The translations under genes and the position numbers were made by a program. From Pavona decussata (lineage: Eukaryota): a stretch of 64,000 nt of DNA. Where the stretch lies: positions 682,001 to 746,000 of the forward strand of contig CDRNST010000114.1 in NCBI GenBank assembly GCA_977016875.1. The letters are read 5' to 3'. Of the stretch, positions 37,967 to 64,000 are shown piece by piece. Position 1 is the stretch's first letter. Every line of letters starts with the position of its first letter. Below the pieces are notes generated by a model that saw only the letters and a program-made list of their open reading frames with translations, was not told where the DNA came from and did no database searches.

Positions 37967-39271
37967 TTCAAAGCATACGTTTTGAGCTGTTTTGACTGAC
38001 ATGGCGACGACAGTCTTTCATACGGGGGGAAAACCCGCAGTTTTTAGACTCAACACCTTCAGCTGAATGAACAAGATTCATTGCCGAGTGCTGTGCTTCT
38101 ATGCAATACTAATAAAAATCACAAGATAGCACTGGCCAGAAGTCACTGATCAAAGATGGTCCAATTTTAAGAAAGAACCAGCTTGTACGTAGGGGAAAAC
38201 AGAACAACATTAATTATAAAGTACTGAAATTAACTCTCTGTGGTGGAGTCACTGAGTTGAATTTAACACTGAACTCCATAAAGGTAGAATAAAACTGACT
38301 TCACAGAGAGTAAAATAACTGACTCCATATTTCGGGATTGGTGTTACTTTAACAATACTGAATATATAGAGTTACCTGTAACTACAACCCTAAGACATGG
38401 GCCTTTTTGAACCTAAACTTTTAATTACGTTTTTGGAAATTACTCTGCAATACAATGTCAACAACTCTCATTTGAACCGATAACACGTCAGGAATTTATC
38501 CCCAGACCACAGAATTAAAAAAGCTAAATCAGACCCACTTTGTACTGCGATGACAATCGGCAGTAATGTAGCATTCCCAGGCCTAATCGCGCTAATCGAG
38601 CAAGCCGAGCTGCTGAGGCGCCTGGGTGCTTATTCCCGTTCAGCTCAACGCGCGGGGACGAGGCTTGAAGGATAGAAACTTACTGAGACTCAAATAACAC
38701 TGCTGCAAAGGGCAATTTTATATGCCAGCCAATATTTCAACCAGTACCACTACCTAGTCTTCTACAGGACCAGAGTTACAAGTTACCCTTTGCCCCTTGT
38801 GTCAGCCCTGCAATCAGTTTGGTTTATTTACACCGGTAAAGTGACGTCTGGCAAGTGCATTTCTACTACAAGGGATCCGGCTTAAGAAAAGGTATTCGGA
38901 ACGGTTTATTTGTGTGCATGGTCCTTTTCATTCAAAAGTTATTAACAGTTTATGACTATGCGGGAAAAGCAGATATTAGGAATCCAAAAAGAAAATTTGC
39001 GGTAACCACGCAGTTTCATAAATAGTTAAGCGAAAACAATTCTAAAAACTGCTTTCAAATAGGTAGCAGTGTATAGCATCATTTTCAGTTTCCAAATTGA
39101 AGCTTAATTATCTCTGAAAAATACGCGGTTGCTCCCCATTTGTTTTAGAATTCCAACAGCTCTTGCTAATATCTGGGTTTTTTTTTTCTACCTAGTCACA
39201 AACCGCGCAAAAATAGCTTTGCATTAATAATTTCTCAGACCATCCCGCCGAGGCGCGTAAAACGTGTTCAT

Positions 39272-39457
39272 AAGCACAGACGTTCGTGAGCCACAGACGG
39301 CAACCGGAAGTCGAACGTTTCCTTTTTTGTGCGTTTTTGATCCTCACAACGGACGGGAAGAGCTCTTGTTAGATATCTGTTGCTTGACGTTACAAACGTG
39401 ATGGCGCCAAAACGCTCAAGGAAAATATTCGACTTCCGGTTGCCGTCCGTCTGTGCA
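39272..39457. mobile_element. MITE
   Basis: Inverted repeat GACGGCAACCGGAAGTCGAA / TTCGACTTCCGGTTGCCGTC plus GCACAGACG / CGTCTGTGC. Confidence 0.75.
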
Positions 39458-39885
39458 TAAGGAGGCACTGTCCTCGATCACATCGAGGTGAATGGTCACA
39501 TCTGGTTTCATCCATAGAATTCACAGCTTTCATGTCCCGGGGATCCGATGAGGTACTCAGTAACGTTTCATACGCCGGGAGGTTCAGCCCGAAGGTCTCA
39601 ATTTTAATCTCAATCTCAGTTCATGCAAGATATCGCTGAGCTCAACTCATCATCACTGATTAAGAAGGGGGGAAAGCTACAAAACTGTACAAGCCCGGCA
39701 TTACTGACGTTAGATGTTACACACGATTATCTCCGGGTCATAGTCTAAACTGAAAACTGAGAAAAAGAAGAAAACTGAAAGAAAGAGCGAATTTCTAACA
39801 TTCACAATTATCAAGTTGTGAAGCTGAGTGAACCAGACCATTTGAGTGATTTTACTTGACCCGTGAAACAGAGAATAACAAACTA

Positions 39886-40733
39886 CAGTCGAACCTGTAT
39901 ATAACGGCCACCCTCGGGACTTGAGTAACTGGCCGCTTAATACAGGTGGTCGCTTAATACAGGATCACTAAAAATACTCACTGGGCGTGGTCTAATGTCA
40001 ATTTTAATGGTGTATCATACAAAAAAATTTCATGCAAGGAAACAATAGGACAATCTTATCAACACTCTTTCAAGTGATCAATACTTTAAACAAAGTTCAG
40101 TGCCAACTTGCTTATATAATATACGTAACATTGTGTAAAAGTACTATACAATAAATTGTCCTCTACTCTCCTACGGTATACAGTGCACTATTTCTATGAC
40201 TCACAGTTCACAACAAAATATCTCATTCCGTCATTTCATAGTTGTTACGCTCAATGTTCAATGTCACATGGCGGAGGAACAAGTTAATTAAAGGGGAATT
40301 TCTTGCTAAAGAGTGAAGCATATTCAAAGCAATTTTTTTTTAGCGTTCGTGTTATGGTACTGTACTTCAGCACATTGCGGACTTATGAAAAGCGTTGACT
40401 ATATTAAACGGCCGAGTATCAGCTTGCAGTAGCTTTGTACATGTTGTTTCTTTATAGTGATGCTGGATCGCATTTTAAACACAATAAAATACCGCATAAA
40501 ATAACATATGGCTTAGTTTCCATTCAAGGGTGGCCGCTTAATACAGGTAAAAATAACAAAGAGAGACAAACACAGGACTGCTACAGGGTGGCCGCGGCCG
40601 CTTAATAGAGGTGGCCGCCTAATACAGGTAACAAATACAGCGTTTGTATGAGCAAAAAATCGGGACTTTAAAAACTGGCCGCTTAATAGAGGGTGGCCGC
40701 TTAATACAGGGCCGTTATATACAGGTTCGACTG
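39886..40733. mobile_element. Young Tc1/mariner (pogo-like) non-autonomous element, 848 bp
   Basis: Perfect 24-bp TIR CAGTCGAACCTGTATATAACGGCC, TA duplication, multiple subterminal GGCCGCTTAATA(C/G)AGG repeats. Confidence 0.92.
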
Positions 40734-43387
40734 TAGTACCAAATACTGCTACAAGTAAACAAAAGAAGGCAATGGAATTAGTGCATAATATTTAGCGCGT
40801 AGTATCCTACTACCTATTTCACGGGTTAAGTCAGAAAATCACTCTTTCCTGATGGAAATAGCTGGAAATGAAACTGATAGTTAAATTACAAGTGGTAGTT
40901 ACAGTTCAAAAAGGAAGAGTGAGAATAAATTACTGGCAAGTACGAAATTACAAGTCCACATCGCGTAGAATGGCTATTGTTCTTGTGACATTTACTTCCA
41001 GTTATGTAGGTCTGCCATGACGCTTGTTATTATTCATAGATGCCCAAAAGGAGCGTATTCATTGGTTGTTATGAACACGCGGTAATGCTCATTTGTCTGA
41101 TGTAGGCAGCGAACTAAACAATGCAACCAGTGCACTATTGTTACCGTTTGTTTCGATGACCACAAACCGCTTTGAATAAACTCAGCCGACTTTTGTTTTC
41201 TCGTTTGTTCCGCGACTGATTTGCACACCGATGTATAATTATAAGGTTTCTCTTTCGTTACGTCGAAAGTGAACTTAAGACCCCAACACTAGAAACAAAG
41301 CGCATTTTATAGTGCTGTAAATAAATTCGTTATTTTGCTGTATGCAGTTTGCGCGCGCGGAAGCGACCAAGAAGTATAAAGAACTCTTTCGATTCTGTTT
41401 TCGGATCTTTGTGACTTTCGTGTTACCAAAACAGCGGGTAATTTAACGACAGTTGCCATACACACGAACGCACAGTCGCTGGAAACATTATTTGTCAGCT
41501 AACGTAGCGATCGTTATCCTGATATTCGATTTGATCTCGGCGAATCCAATCGAATTGTTTAGTAATAGAACCCAAGCGAACACCAATCTTTCCGGTACTG
41601 AACGGTCGATTATCAAGCTCAACGTTGGCGTTAATCTTTTAAACTGTGTTTTATACACCCAATTTTAATATTTTGTTCAATCCAACTTCAACCACTCATA
41701 AAATAAAGTAGTCACTTCTGTCTCATTCACCAACCAGTGTTCCCGCCAAAACAACCTGAGCCAGCCAGCACCAAAGGCCAATGTGGTTAGACTGTGATCA
41801 TGCGCATATTTGCTAAACAAAATGGCGAAGCTTTGAAGACCATATTTATGGTAATGTCCGTTCGCTTTTCTTTTAAAAGTAGTGGATACGTGTTTGCAAT
41901 CGATCGAGTTATACAAATGTCTGAAAAGAGCTCCCGATCACTGACGTTTTCCATGTTTGTATTTATTGCGCGATCTGATCGGCTGTTTGAATGAACCAGC
42001 TGGTAAACTCGGTTTTAAAATGCGCGGCAATTGTAAATGATTTTCCGACTGAATGGTTTTATGAATAAGTAATTATTTAGTCTTGGCAACCATTGTTATT
42101 CAGTCGAAGGCTTAAAACAATAGCTCACTCGCTCAAGACGCGCCATTTTCAAACGAGAATCCAACCAGCAGTTTTCAAACTTAAAAGGACAGTGGTTCCC
42201 GATGACCAATTTTAAAACTTTTAACAGATTCTTGTCAAGAGAAGATCAATTTTTCATAAACCGTGCGTAGGTTTTCTAAAATCAGTATACTTTTTTAGAA
42301 ATTTGCTTTTGAAAACGGCCTCCATACAAAAGAAGGCCAATTTTCCCTTATTTGCAAGTGCAAAAGGACAGCCCTTCCACGTAATCAATCTTCTTTATTT
42401 TAGTCTTAAAATATAGTTACAACATTCCTCTTCAAAATGCCGCGCGTAGGTTTTTAGGTTAATCGTTTTAGAAAGCATGAAAGCGAGTTTTATCAACGCT
42501 ACCGGGCCAATTTTCGCCCTTTCTTCTCTTATTCGGGGCTTTTCAGAGCGCGTATTTCCGCTTCGCTGATCATGAATAGTTAATGAATGTCACAGCATTC
42601 TGCCCTATGAATGTCAAACGAGGGAATGAAAGGTCCTAAAGACGGTGGATGCAATTACATATACTTCGTTTGCAGTTCTCAGAAATAAGGTGGACGTTTC
42701 GACATAAATGATCCTCAGGATCTAGTATCAAAGCAGCGTGTTGTTAGGCCAGGTAAGGAGCATGCCCCAAGGGCCTGTGTTTCAAGCCTTATTGCATTTT
42801 CTCCCTGAGTTCGTTTTGTGACAGTGTATCTCGGTTTTTCCAGTAAATTAAAATAAAAGCCAGGTACTCGAAAACAACAGAAGAGAAAACCAACAAACAA
42901 TAATAGCCGAAAGACAAAAGTAGTAATGACGAATATTTTCAAGTTGACTGTGCAAATTAAAATGGCTGAAAAGCTAAGTAAACACTGAAGTAAAGATTAT
43001 CCGTTATATAGCTTATACTAATAATACTAATTTACAAAGCGCTTTAAAAGAAATATAAACTCAAAAATTGCTTATGAATGAAGAAAAAATTTTACAGACA
43101 TATTTCTGATAACAATGGAACATTATCGTCCTCTGATTTACCAGAAGGAAAGATCAAAAATCGTAATAACTTTGTAAGTTGAGCTTTCATGCACTCTTGG
43201 AATCAATGGAATGAAATTCCAAATTTTTATGGTCCAGTGTAAACATTTTTGCAACCCTCTCCATCATAAATTCCTTATATTTTCGGGGACTAAATGCTTA
43301 AGTTTTCTCGTTTGCAAATTTGAATAAAGAGTAGACAAAAGCAACAATAGCTATTTTCCAACAGCAATAAAAGCTATTGAAATTCTA

Positions 43388-43672
43388 TTTTCCCGCCAAA
43401 TTGTTCTGTTCCGCGCCGGTTCCGAGGCGAAAAGTAAGTTCGACTGCGATGTCAGAATGCTAGCTCCTCCTTATATGTGTCCAAAAGGATTAACATTAAT
43501 GCCTTAGGAAGACCCCCAAAGCTTGTTTTCGGGTATTAAACAACCCGGACTGTGACAAATGAAACTACAATATTATTTTACATTCGCTCGAAAATGGCAC
43601 TGGAGACCTTTCACAAATGCGTCGCTGCTCAGCGGTTGCTGTCAACAACAGAAACAGAGGAAGATTTGCAAG

Positions 43673-43679
<7 letters not shown>
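43388..43679 (+). promoter_or_regulatory. Probable glycerol kinase promoter / 5' region
   Basis: CpG-retaining segment upstream of the ATG; E2F-like TTTTCCCGCCAAA at 43388; YY1-like AAGATGGCG over the start codon. Confidence 0.4.
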
Positions 43680-63519
<19,840 letters not shown>

Positions 63520-64000
63520 GTAAAAAAAATGAGCTCATTTCTGTGGGGGTATTATCAGAGGTAATTTAAGGAGGGTGCCTGCTTTTGTTACTGTGCATAC
63601 GTTGTGCACATCTCGAGATACTCGGGTTTCCTATGGGTGGTGCCTACTGATACAGGGATTTTTTTGCGCGGTTTAAAACTATACAGAGAAAGCAGAACTT
63701 AGCAAGTGCTCTTGGTATCCAAAAAGGAAATTGGGGGTAACCATGCATTTTTCAGAGATAAGAAAGCTGCAATCTGGAAAAAAAAACTACATTGCTTTGT
63801 ATTTTACTGTTTTTTTACATTGAATAACTATTGTTGCTTATAATAGTTATCTCTAAAAAAAAAAAAACGTGTGGTTGTAATCCCCAATTTCCTTTATGGA
63901 TTTCAATAGCCCTTGCTAAGATCTGCTTTCCCCGCATTGTTTCAAAATTGGTTGGGTTTGATAATAATTAAAATGGCTTTACCTTCAAATTTCTAAGCTA

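Overview
AT-rich animal genomic DNA with spliceosomal introns. The repeat families and the intronless divergent Shaker gene suggest a cnidarian, probably a stony coral (inference). There are four host genes: (1) the 5' part (TM1-TM5) of an atypical class A GPCR on the minus strand at the left edge; (2) an SLC16/MCT-family transporter with 5 coding exons and a long Ser-rich tail (24659-30470, +); (3) an intronless Shaker/Kv1-family channel with regulatory-subunit hallmarks (33939-35306, +); (4) a glycerol kinase with at least 18 exons (43673 to at least 63519, +). The most striking structure is an 18.6-kb array (4425-23060) of six ~2.9-3.4-kb units with alternating long/short organisation and no long ORF. 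Each unit carries promoter-like motifs, splice signals, a conserved hairpin and a candidate ATG micro-exon whose phase fits the GPCR exon. Introns and intergenic DNA hold many MITEs, tRNA-derived elements, LINE fossils and a Crypton-type tyrosine-recombinase pseudogene. They also hold a 341-bp fold-back carrying two inverted minimal hammerhead ribozymes with a U3-A8 core, plus degenerate hammerhead- and twister-like motifs. There is one assembly gap (57003-57174). All coordinates were read by eye; no searches were run.
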